From Antechinus flavipes (lineage: Eukaryota), in assembly GCF_016432865.1 (NCBI RefSeq), contig NC_067400.1, positions 624,154,001 through 624,218,000 on the forward strand: a stretch of 64,000 nt of DNA, written 5' to 3'. This document shows, one piece after another, positions 38,111 through 56,125 of this stretch (position 1 is its first letter; each line of letters opens with the position of its first letter). The notes below the pieces were generated by a model. That model worked only from the letters and a program-made list of their open reading frames with translations. It made no database searches and was not told where the DNA came from. Both the position numbers and the translations under genes were made by a program.

Positions 38111-38863
38111 AGCCCGGGTTTCTCCGTCTGCCTCCGCGCACCCGTCTCCCTCCCCGGCTGTCTCTCCCCCTTCTGGCCCGACCTCTCCCCGTCTCTCCAG
38201 TTGGCCTGCGCCTCTCCCGGGTTCCTCGAGGCCTCCACCCACGCTCTCCCCTCCCTCTGGCCGGCCCCTCCCCCTAAGCTGACCCCAAGACTTCGCGGCC
38301 CCCACAGCTGCCGGGGACAAGCCTCCGGGGTCCCCGCGAGTAAAGGGAGCGGGAGACGGCGCCGGGCGCGAAGGAAGCGCGCAGCCGGGCCGGGGGGGGG
38401 GGGCTGGGGGGTGCAGGGCCAGGCTGGGCCACAAGGTCCGGGGGTGCTGACTGACTGCCCGAGGGCCGCCTGCGGGAGGAGGGTACAGGGGCCCAGGCAC
38501 GAGGCTGCGCGCTGCGCCGGCCCAGTCGGGGATTAGAGGCTTTCCGGGAAGGGCTCCGCCCCCACCTCTTGGTTTCTCAGGAGAGGAAACTGAGGCTCAA
38601 GCGGCCACGGAGGAGGCGGTTGGCAGGGCTCGGGCCCCCGCGCGGAAGGTGGTCCCCGGGGAAGGGCCCGAGCCATGCCGTTCCGGGCAGCGACTTGGCC
38701 GCGGGTTGGGCCGGCAGACTCATCCCCTCTGGGTGACACGGGGCTGGGCCACAGAGCCGGGATCGGGAGGAAGGGCGGGGCTGGGCGGGGCCGCTCCAGA
38801 CCGCTCGCGCAGGTTCCAGAGCCCTGAATCACCTCTTGGGCACGGAATCCCCAGGCACGGGAC

Positions 38864-39061
38864 CGTGACGTCACGAGAGCCCGGATCGCCCCGCCCTCGC
38901 GTGACGTCACCCCGGAGCCCTCCCGGCCCTCGAGGCTCCGAGCTGATTCAATCTGTGGAAACGGAGCGCCGGAGGGAGTGACGTCATCGCGTTTTTTCCA
39001 CTTTCCCCCTCCGCCCTTCTCCGGTAAACTCCGCTCCGTGACGTCAGCGCGTCCTATAAAA
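38864..39061 (+). promoter_or_regulatory. PPP1R15A promoter: four perfect CRE/ATF palindromes plus TATA box (head-to-head with PLEKHA4)
   Basis: TGACGTCA at 38866-38873, 38902-38909, 38979-38986 and 39039-39046; TATAAAA at 39055-39061. Confidence 0.9.
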
Positions 39062-39176
39062 GAGCCGTCGCTCCGCACTCAGCCCAGATCTAACCCGACG
39101 CCAGAAGCAGTCTAGAGTGCAGAGAGCTGAGAGCCGAGCGCCCAGCGTAAGCCGAGCCTTCGCGGCCCCGACCAAG

Positions 39177-39255
39177 ATGAGCCTGAGCCTGCCCTGGACA
39201 CCCCGTGCCCGTGGACGCCCCACCTGCCCCCGGGATGATCCCCAGCCCTGTCCTG
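39177..39255 (+). promoter_or_regulatory. Upstream ORF in the PPP1R15A 5' leader
   Basis: The only ATG between the TATA box and the main ATG is at 39177. CTG CCC CCG GGA TGA (LPPG-stop) lies at 39224-39238, one frame off from it. Confidence 0.75.
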
Positions 39256-42175
39256 GTAAGAACCGAGGTGGGGAGCGGGGAGGAGGGATGGGACGGGGAG
39301 ACACCCGGAGGGGAGGATGGGGGGGCGGGGAGGAGGGATGGGACGGGGAGACACCCGGAGGGGAGGAGGGATGGGACGGGGAGACACCCGGAGAGGAGGA
39401 TGGGGGAGCGGGGAGGAGGGATGGGACGGGGAGACACCCGGAGGGGAGGAGGGATGGGACGGGGAGACACCCGGAGGGGAGGATGGGGGGCGGGGAGGAG
39501 GGATGGGACGGGGAGACACCCGGAGGGGAGGATGGGGGGCGGGGAGGAGGGATGGGACGGGGAGACACCCGGAGGGGAGGATGGGGGGCGGGGTCCTGGG
39601 GGGAGGGGACAAGGAAGGGCCACCGGAACCCTCGGGGGACAGGACAGGGAGAGAGTGCCGGGCCTAGGGGATGGGACAGGGGGCGCCAGGGGGACCGAAT
39701 GGGGAGGGGATGAAGCTCTCCAGGGGACAGCACAAGAAGGGGGCTGGGACTTCTGAGGGGGCGCTGGGAGCCCCAGAGCAGAGAGGGGGAGGGGACTCCG
39801 GGGCCTCTGAGACAGGACCAGAAGGCCTAAGGCCCCAGGACAGAGGGAAGGCTTCTGGGGGCTGCTGGGTCCCGGGTCCTGTGCTGAGTGTTTCCCAGAC
39901 ACCATCCCAGCTCTGGGCAGTAAGTGCTAGTTTCATTTGATGGTAAACAGAGATCAGGTGACCTGGGCAAGGTCTCACAGCTGTCCGAGTCAGACTTGAA
40001 CTCAGAGCTTCCTGGCTCTAGGCCCGGTTGCCTGGCAGGTGGCTCTTGGAGGGGGATGGGGGAGAGGTGGCTGGGGCCAGGAGGAATGGGGCGGGGCCCA
40101 GGGAAAGGCCCCCGGGGACTCCCGAGGGAAACGGGCTTTGCCAAAGGCCGACAGGAGCCTCATTTAGCCCACTTGTCCCCCTTGCAGCCCAGCCCTGACC
40201 TGGGAGACCTCCCTGGAGCCCCCCTGGGGCATTCCCTCAGGAGCAGCCTTCTCTCCGGCCTGAAGTTCCTCCTGGCCTGGGCCTGGGCCCAGCTGGGGAC
40301 AGCGGAACTCCAGCCCAGGCCCAGCCGAGGGGCAAAGCTTGGGAACCCTGAAGCCAGAGCCGAGGCGGAGGAGGGCCCCGAAGATGGAGCAGCCCAGCCC
40401 AGCTCCAGCCCCCTGCCCTGCGCCGGGGAACAAGCGAGGAGAGGGGGCCGTGAGGACGCTGAAGGGCCAGCTGGCCACGGGCTTGGAGGGCGGAAGGTCC
40501 GGGATGGAGCCTCCGGGAGAGAGAAGCTTGGCAGTGAGCCCGGCGGCCCGGCCCAGCGAGACCGCGGGCCTCTGGAGGAGGGAGCAGCTCCTGGCCTCGT
40601 CATGGGACCCCGGGACCCCTGGCCCGGGAGCCGGCCGAAGAGCAGCGAAGATAAAGGAGAAGAGGTGGGGGGTGACGCCATGCCCGGGGCCCTGAGCCCA
40701 ACTGAGCACGGCCTCCCTTCCTGGGCATGCCCTCGGGGGCCCCGGGCCCTGGCCCGGCAGCTCAGAGAAGAGGCAGACAGATGGTTGGGGGAGGCTGAAG
40801 GAGGAGGACCAGGAAAAGAGCCTCCTCCTGTGCTCTGCAGCCCCCTGCTCCGGGCCTGGGCCTACAGGCCCAGTGAGGATGAGGATGAGGATGAGGAAGA
40901 TGTGTCCAATGAGGATGAGGAAGATGTGTCCAGTGGGGAAGAAGGAGATGAAGAGGAAGATGAAGGACCAGGAAAAGAGCCTCCCCCTGTGCTCTGCAGC
41001 CCTCTCCTGCGGGCCTGGGCCTATAGGCCTGGTGAGGATGAGGATGAGGATGAGGATGAGGATGAGGAAGATGTGTCCAATGAGGATGAGGAAGATGTGT
41101 CCAGTGGGGAAGAAGGAGATGAAGAGGAAGAGGGAGGACCAAGAAAAGAGCCTCCCCCTGTGCTCTGCAGCCCTCTCCTGCGGGCCTGGGCCTATAGGCC
41201 TGGTGAGGATGAGGATGAGGATGAGGATGAGGAAGATGTGTCCAATGAGGAAGGAGATGAGGATGAGGAAGATGCCAAAGAAGGGCCTGTGGGCAGAGAG
41301 GACCCTGGGCTGCAGGACTTCCTCGTGTCCATCTTCGCTGCTGGCGCTGTGCGGCCCCGCCCCTGGCCCGCAGTCCGGCTCCCCCAGAGGCTGCGGAGGC
41401 GCCTGAGGCCCCGAGGGACCCCTGTGGAGCCAGAGCCGGAGCCCCCCCGAGGAAGGAAGGTGAGGAGAGGTCTGGGTGTCGGCTGACCCTTCAGCGGGGG
41501 GCTGGGTGCAGGCCGGAGCTAGCTACATTGTCACTTTGGTTCAGTCCAGCCCCAGGTAGTCACTGAGGCCCAGGGAGGTCAAGGACTTGCCCCCGGTTCC
41601 ACACACTGAGTGGGATTCGAACTCGGGACCTCCCGAGTGATCTGCCCCCTAGGCCATTCAGCCTGTCTGTGTGAAATGAGCTCAGCAGAATGGTGTATGG
41701 GTGAGAGTCAGAGAGGGGCTCTGAAGCTAAGTATTTGTTTTACTTGGTACACAGTAGGTGCTTAATAAAGGCTTATTCCATCCTTAGTACTTCTGTGGTG
41801 CTGCAGAAGCCCCTGACCTCTCTGGGCCAGTTTCCTCCCACGTAGAAGAGGGATCCTGAGTTCGAGGTTGGGGGATGTGCTTTGTAGCAGGAGAGGGGGG
41901 TCAGGAGCCCCTCTTGTTGGTCTCACGCCTCCTTCCTGTCTGCCTCCTTCCAGGTGCGGTTCTCCAGCACGGTGGGCCTTCGCCTCCTGGTGGTGTGGGC
42001 GGGTCCCGCCCGCGCCGCCCGCCGGGGGCTGTGGGAGCAGCTAGCGCGGGACCGCAGCCGCTTTGCCCGTCGCATCGCCCAGGCCGAGGCGCTGCTGGGC
42101 CCTTGCCTTTCCCCCGCCGCCCGGACTCGAGCTTGGGCCCGGCTCCAGGGCCCGAGCATTTCTCCAGAGCCATAG
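39235..42175 (+). CDS. PPP1R15A: Protein phosphatase 1 regulatory subunit 15A (GADD34), about 504 aa
   Basis: Inferred exons 39235-39255 (MIPSPVL), 40188-41459, 41954-42175. N-terminal amphipathic [17 protein letters not shown]; three acidic PEST repeats ([15 protein letters not shown]); K|VRF PP1-binding motif split across intron 2; [19 protein letters not shown] eIF2alpha-binding motif. The start codon position is inferred. Confidence 0.95.
39272..39590. repeat. G-rich minisatellite in PPP1R15A intron 1
   Basis: 7 copies of gggatgggacggggagacacccggag with variable G-rich spacers. Confidence 0.9.
39930..40025 (-). mobile_element. MIR/CORE-SINE fragment in PPP1R15A intron 1
   Basis: gtgacctgggcaaggtctcacagct...gacttgaactcagagcttcctggctc. 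Confidence 0.55.
41745..41782 (+). mobile_element. L2 LINE 3' tail in PPP1R15A intron 2
   Basis: gtacacagtaggtgcttaataaaggcttatt matches the L2 3' end. Confidence 0.6.
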
Positions 42176-42392
42176 AAGTTCTCCTCCCCACTGGCTGCGG
42201 CCCTGCCCTTCTCTTGGCGCTTCCTCCCCAGCCCGGGACCTGCCTTCTCCCAGAGCCCCCTGCTTCCATCTGGGCAGTTCTGCCCAGGCCCTGACCTCTT
42301 AGCCCTCTCCCCTTCCCCGCCGGTCACAGGCAGGCGCCATATACGTGTGGAGCCATTGGGGGGGGGGGGTAGTGGGGGCGGATTCGTGGATT

Positions 42393-42465
42393 GGAAGCTC
42401 CCGGAAGGCAGGGACTATTCCCCAGTGTCTCACATAGTAAATGTTTAATAAAAATTTGTTGGACT
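42393..42465 (+). mobile_element. L2 LINE 3' end downstream of the PPP1R15A stop
   Basis: aagctccc.gaaggcagggact...cacatagtaaatgtttaataaa..ttgttg resembles the L2 3' consensus. Confidence 0.55.
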
Positions 42466-43430
42466 TAGTTGAATTTTCTTTATCTCAGTTTTTTTCTTTA
42501 AAAATCAATCTGTCCCCAAGGTTTTGCAAGGGTGAATATTGAAAATTAGGCATAAGTTTTGAAAATAAAAAGCTTTAATAATAAAGAAAATCAATCCGGG
42601 AGGGGGGGGCCTCTGATTTTATTCGCTCTTCCCCTCTCCCCCAAGACGAAACCTCCAAGTGGTGGGAAAGAAGGGCTTTCCCAGAGGCAGTTTGCAGAGC
42701 TCGGGGTTCCCCAGAGACTGGACCTCCTGCCCAGACTGTCCCAGTCCGGGGACTGCAGCCGGGCCAGGACCCATCCTTCCCATCCTCCGTCATTTGTCTT
42801 ATCCCCTGGGTTTGGGGGAGGGGAGACTTGGTCGCCCATGGTGGCTGGCCCAGTTGGAGCTCTGAGTCGGCCAGCAGGGCGTAGCCTCCACGTGGAAGAG
42901 ACCAGGAAAAGGGCCTTTAAGGGTTCGGGCCTTAAACCCCTGATTCTCATTGATTGACCGCCAATGGGTCCCAGGCCAGGCCCCACTTAGTGTTTGAGTC
43001 GTGACTGACTTAGCTTGGACGTGAAAAGCGCCGACTTCTGCTTTGGCCAGGACCCCCGAGGTCGTCCCCTTCTAGGTTTATTAGGGTTTGGGGGTGTTTT
43101 TGTATTAGAAAAAGATGCTTTGTTTCAACTGCTGCCTCGCCTTAGTCTCCACCTTGGGTCAAACGGAGACCTGTCAGAGACCTCAGGCCGAGGCCTCCCG
43201 GTTTGTCTGGAGCCGTCTCCTGTCGTCCTGGTGTGGGTCGGGGCTGGGGCCACATGGCTCTGGAGGGGAAATGAGGCAGGTGACTTTGCACAGCCCTCCC
43301 TCACTTCTGCCAATTCACTTGCCTGTCTGGGCCCCGGCCAGAGCGAAGGCAAACACCCGGGCCCCAGACTGGCAGCGCCAGGGTTTCCTCTCCACCGTCC
43401 CTGCCTTCACTGAGGGGGAGAGGGGCGCCC

Positions 43431-43932
43431 CGCTGACTCCCGGCCCCCCAGCTGACTCCCGCCCCCCCAGCTGACTCCCGCCCCCCCAGCTGACTCCCGG
43501 CCCCCCCAGCTGACTCCCGGCCCCCCAGCTGACTCCCGGCCCCCCCAGCTGACTCCCGGGCCCCCCAGCTGACTCCTGCCCCCCCAGCTGACTCCTGGCC
43601 CCCCAGCTGACTCCCGGCCCCCCCCAGGTGACTCCCGGCCCCCCAGCTGACTCCCGGGCCCCCCAGCTGACTCCCGGCCCCCCAGCTGACTCCCGGCCCC
43701 CCAGCTGACTCCCCCCCCCCCCCAGCTGACTCCCGCCCCCCCAGCTGACTCCCGGGCCCCCCAGCTGACTCCCGCGCCCCCCAGCTGACTCCCGGCCCCC
43801 CAGCTGACTCCCGCCCCCCCAGCTGACTCCCGGCCCCCCAGCTGACTCCCGGCCCCCCAGCTGACTCCCGCCCCCCCAGCTGACTCCCGGGCCCCCCAGC
43901 TGACTCCCGCCCCCCCAGCTGACTCCCGGGCC
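43431..43932. repeat. About 19-20-bp minisatellite, about 26 copies
   Basis: Unit (g)gccccccagctgactccc. Confidence 0.95.
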
Positions 43933-44897
43933 CCCTCCAGCCCCACCAAGCTTCTGGGGCCACCGCGGTCCATTCTCTTCCACGGAAGCCGCCACGGGGT
44001 CCCCCTGTTCTCGATCTCTCTCTTCAAACCCGGGGACCTAAGGTTGAGGGCGCAGGGACCCCGGACAAAGTGCAGAAAACAAGGGGTTTGGGGGCCGAGT
44101 CTGGGCTTGCGGCAACCGTGGGGACTCTAGGGCAGCTGTGTACCCCGGGGCAAGTCTCCGAAAACCCAGGCCAGGGCACTGGCAGCCCGGGAAGGGTGTC
44201 CCGGGACGAGTCCCAGTCACTGTCCGCGCCTAGGGACGCTCGGCCGCCTTCCTCCTCCCTCCGCTAACCCTGAAGTCCCGCGTCCCGGACTCCCAGGGAA
44301 GGCCAGGCCACGAGCTGTCAGCAAGTCGGGTCCAGCAGCGGGTCCCGGCGTTCGGCAAGGGTTGGGACTACGGCTCCCAGGAGCGCCCCGGGCCGCTTTT
44401 GCGGAGAGAGCCCTTTCCTGGGCCTCGGAGGCTGCTGGGAGCTGTAGTCCGTCCTGGTGCTGCGGAGCGGTACCCGCCACAGGTTGGGGGGAAGGAGGGG
44501 GAAGAGCTGCTGGCCACGCCCGGGGCGGAGCCCAGGGAGCCTACGGGGCGGAGCTCCAGGCCCGGGGTTTCTTTCCCTTTCCCCGTCTCCATGGCAAAGG
44601 CATAAGCGGGAGCAGCGGCTGCTGGTGGCTGCGGTCAGCTTCCCTCCCCCCCTCCCGTTAGCCATCTGCCGCGCCCAACCCCCCTTTCCGCACGGCACCT
44701 GCCCGGGAGCCGGCCTGGTCCGGGCTGACCCTCACCCCTCGAGGATACAGGAGTTCCCTCCCTGGGGCGGAAGTCTCCTCCTGCTGCCCTGAACGTCGGG
44801 GGCATCCTCCCCCCCATTCCCTCCGCCCACCTTCGCTTAAGGGACTGCCTTCAAGAAGCCCAGACGGTCCCGCCAACTCAGCCCTCGGACTTAGTAG

Positions 44898-44911
44898 GCG
44901 CCAGGTGGCGC
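44898..44911 (+). promoter_or_regulatory. CTCF-like motif just before the gap
   Basis: GCGCCAGGTGGCGC, mismatching the core only at position 1 (G at position 3 tolerated). Confidence 0.5.
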
Positions 44912-44997
44912 TTGGGTCCCCTCCTTCCCTGCCCGGGATTGTGCCAGTGTCGGCTCCGGGGACACCCACAGTCTGCCTGGACTGAGAGAGAGAGAGA

Positions 44998-45372
44998 NNN
45001 NNNNNNNNNNNNNNNNNNNNNNNNNNNNNNNNNNNNNNNNNNNNNNNNNNNNNNNNNNNNNNNNNNNNNNNNNNNNNNNNNNNNNNNNNNNNNNNNNNNN
45101 NNNNNNNNNNNNNNNNNNNNNNNNNNNNNNNNNNNNNNNNNNNNNNNNNNNNNNNNNNNNNNNNNNNNNNNNNNNNNNNNNNNNNNNNNNNNNNNNNNNN
45201 NNNNNNNNNNNNNNNNNNNNNNNNNNNNNNNNNNNNNNNNNNNNNNNNNNNNNNNNNNNNNNNNNNNNNNNNNNNNNNNNNNNNNNNNNNNNNNNNNNNN
45301 NNNNNNNNNNNNNNNNNNNNNNNNNNNNNNNNNNNNNNNNNNNNNNNNNNNNNNNNNNNNNNNNNNNNNNNN
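44998..45372. other. Assembly gap (375 N)
   Basis: Run of N, preceded by an (AG)n microsatellite. Confidence 1.
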
Positions 45373-46436
45373 ATCTTCACCGTCCTGGCCCGGAGGTGCT
45401 TTTATTATCCTGACTTTAAAGTTGAGGAAACCGAGGAAGAAGGGGTCGTGATTCCCCAGCTTAAGTGTCTGACGTCTCGTTTGAATTCGGATCCTCCAGA
45501 GTCGGGGCTCTACCCACTGAGATACCTAAGCTGCCTCTAAACATATGGAAGAGAGAGATAGGGAGAGATAGGGAGAGACAGAGACGGGAGAGATGGAGAC
45601 TGGACAGTTAGGGAGAGAAAAAAGCCGAGAAGAGACGAGAGGCAGATAGCCCACACAGGGATCGGAGGGGGCTCAGGCACGGTCCAGAGGCAGACTGGGC
45701 TGCAGGACCACACATCCTCGGCACAGAGGGGCTGGGGAAGGGAGGGAGGTCGGAGAGGGTGCTCCTGGAAGGCTTGCCGCTGACCCAGCCCCGCTCCGGC
45801 TCCCCCGCCTCATCCCGAGGCCAGAGCTACAGACGGACTCATAAATATTTAATCCCCAAGTGCATTAGGCCGCTGGGCTAGGCGGTGGGGGGAGAGGAGG
45901 GTGATGGAGGGAGGTGGAACTCAGGCCTCCGAGTTTCCCCTACGGAGGTCTGGAAGGCTATATATAGTGCAGAGACGGTGCCTCGAATAGGGCCGGGAAT
46001 TTGGGGGTGTTTGTTAAAGCCCCTGGGGGCATGGCTCAGACTGCGGGGTCCCTTAAGGGATTAGGTTTAGAACTCTGGCTACGTGGTCCCTAAATGCCAC
46101 AGACAGCCCGAATCCAGACCCAGGGGCGGTCAAGAGGCGGCACGGAAGCCTGGAGCTGTGATCCCACGCGGAGCAGTGGGCCAGGCTCCTGGGGGCCTAA
46201 GGGGGGGGGAAAGGGGGCGCCGGTGAGCCAGCCAGGCTTCCTTGGTTGGGGGGACAGGATCTCAGGGGCAGACCGACGCCGGGCTTCCTCCGAGCCTTGC
46301 ATCTAGGGGTTTGGACCTCGATCCTTGCTGGGCGGGAGCCTGAGAACACAGCTCCGACTCGGGGGCTTCGGAGCCGGGGGTGGAGGGATGCGGGTCTCAG
46401 ATGCAGGGGCACTGAGGAGGAGCTAGAACCGGAGAC

Positions 46437-46680
46437 GCTGGGGGTCAGCTCTCAGTCTCGGGGTCTCACTCTCCGGGGGGGTTTCAGTTTCCCGGGGTCT
46501 CAGTTTTCGGGGTCTCAGTCTCCGGGGTTTCAGTTTCCCGGGGTCTGTCTCCCGGGGTCTGTTTTCGGGGTCTCAGTCTCCCGGGGTCTCAGTTTTTGGG
46601 ATCTCAGTTTTCGGGGTCTCAGTCTCTCGGGGTCTCAGTCTCCCGGGATCTCAGTTTTCGGGGTCTCAGTCTCCCGGGGG
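46437..46680. repeat. About 16-bp tandem repeat upstream of SLC17A7
   Basis: ggggtctcagt(ctcc/tttt)c units. Confidence 0.85.
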
Positions 46681-47261
46681 CCTTCGGAGGGCTCAGAAGC
46701 TCGGGGCTCCCGGCTCGGTCTCCGGGCTCCCTCAGAGCCTGGGCTTTAGCAGCTGAGGTCCCTCAAACGCTCGGGGTTGCTTCTTGGAATCTTGGGGGCT
46801 CCTCGCGGCAGGAGGAGTCTGGGTCTCCGGGAGGGCGGGGCGGGGGACTTCCACTGGAGTCCCGGGCAAGGGGGGGCGGCTGACTCCGAAGGTAGCAACC
46901 AGGGACCTTGGGTCCCTCCGAGGACGCGACCCCAGGGGGTCCGACCAGGGTCCCCCGAAGGGAGGGCATCTCAGCCTAGGGGCGTCTTCCAAGGCAGCGC
47001 CCACCTCCGGGGTCCCTCATAGGGCGGGGCCCGGCCTCCGCTCGCTCCGGGACTGGTGGCAGCGCGGGCGGGCGGGGGAGGAGTCTTGGGCAGCCCCGCC
47101 TCCCTCCCTCCCTGCCGCCGGGGCTCGGGCAGGGGCGTCCACATCCCCCGGCAGCGGAGCCGGAGCCGGAGCCGGAGCCCGAGCCGGAGCCGGGCGGGGG
47201 CAGCGGGGGCCGGGCTGGGCCGGGCCGGGCCGGGCCGGGCCGAGCCAGGGGAGCCGGAGCC

Positions 47262-54981
<7,720 letters not shown>

Positions 54982-55849
54982 TGCCCCGGTCCCAACGCGG
55001 GCCAGGGCCCCGGGACTCCATTCCCAGTGGTTCAAGTCACCCAGTTACCCCAGATCCCACTTCGATGTTTCTGCAGGGCTGCGGACTGGCAGTTTCCAGG
55101 ACCCCCCCTCCCAAGGCCTCCGGGTCTCTAGGCCCCCTCCCCAAGGCCCCCGGGTCTCTAGGCGCCCCCTCCGCTTTGCCTTAGCGGGTTGAAGAGCCTC
55201 CCACCGTCCCTGTAATAAGTCCCCGAGCACAGCCTTTCCTCCTCGGCCCCCTGATTCCAACGGCCCGGATCGGCCGTGTCCAGGCCAGTCCTTTTCAGGG
55301 CATACTCGAAAGTCTCCCTCAGTGTCCCAGCTTTCAAGACCGTCCCCCTAAATGCCCCAGAGAGGCCCCTCCCGGCACCGCTCTTCGGAGATTCGGGCCA
55401 AACCTTAGAAGCCCCCCTCCGGGAGCTTCGGCTTGCCCCCTCCCCAGCCGCCCAGTGACTTTTTGCCAATCAGAGGAGAGGGCGGGGCCGGAGCCCCGCC
55501 CCGCCCCGCCCCCTCCCGGTTCCAGGGATTCTCACCAGCGTTTCTGTCCGAGCGCAGCCGTCTCCAGCTCCGCTCGCCCAGCAGTGCCCCCCCCCCCCCC
55601 GCTGTTTCAGGGCCCTCTTCTGCCACAGCACTAAGCAGACGCCAGTTTTCAAGCCCCCCTTTCAGTGGTAAGAGTTAAATTTGAAAGGACCCGCCCCCCT
55701 CCGGCGCCCTGGCTGTCGCACGGAAAGCCGCGTTTCTCCACCACACCCAAGCTGGGGATTCTCAGGCTTCTAAAGGGTGGCTTCGAGGCCCCTGGAGTTG
55801 AGCCCCGAGTCTCCTTCCCCGCCCCTGACGCCACTAGTCAGCGACTCTC

Positions 55850-56125
55850 GGGCTGAGGGGGCCCTTGGTGGCCTCTTTCTGAGATGGGCTGAGGGGGCCC
55901 CTGGCGGCCCCATTCCGAGAGAGCTGAGGGGGCCCCTGGCGGCCTCTTTCCGAGATGAGCTGAGGGGGCCCCTGGCGGCCCCAGAGACGGGCTGAGGGGG
56001 CCCCTGGCGGCCTCTTTCCGAGATGAGCTGAGGGGGCCCCTAGTGGCCCCATTCCAAGAGAGCTGAGGGGGCCCCTGGCGGCCCCAGAGACGGGCTGAGG
56101 GGACCCCTGGCGGCGCCATTCCGAG
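55850..56125. repeat. About 35-bp minisatellite in the SLC17A7 3'UTR
   Basis: About 8 copies of gctgagggggcccctggcggcc...gaga. Confidence 0.85.

Noticed and set aside
36857-38536. Long Leu/Ser/Phe- or Glu/Arg/Lys-rich ORFs resembling membrane or coiled-coil proteins
   Set aside because: Artefacts of CT/GA low-complexity tracts; the same applies at 7035-7310, 15800-16230, 48900-49450 and 53920-54600.
43301-44027. Three long minus-strand ORFs; tail RVFAFALAGAQTGK vaguely like a tubby C-terminus (TULP2 is expected here in human)
   Set aside because: Stop-free minisatellite translations. The tubby resemblance is off-register and lacks the FTMDY..P..LQAF context.
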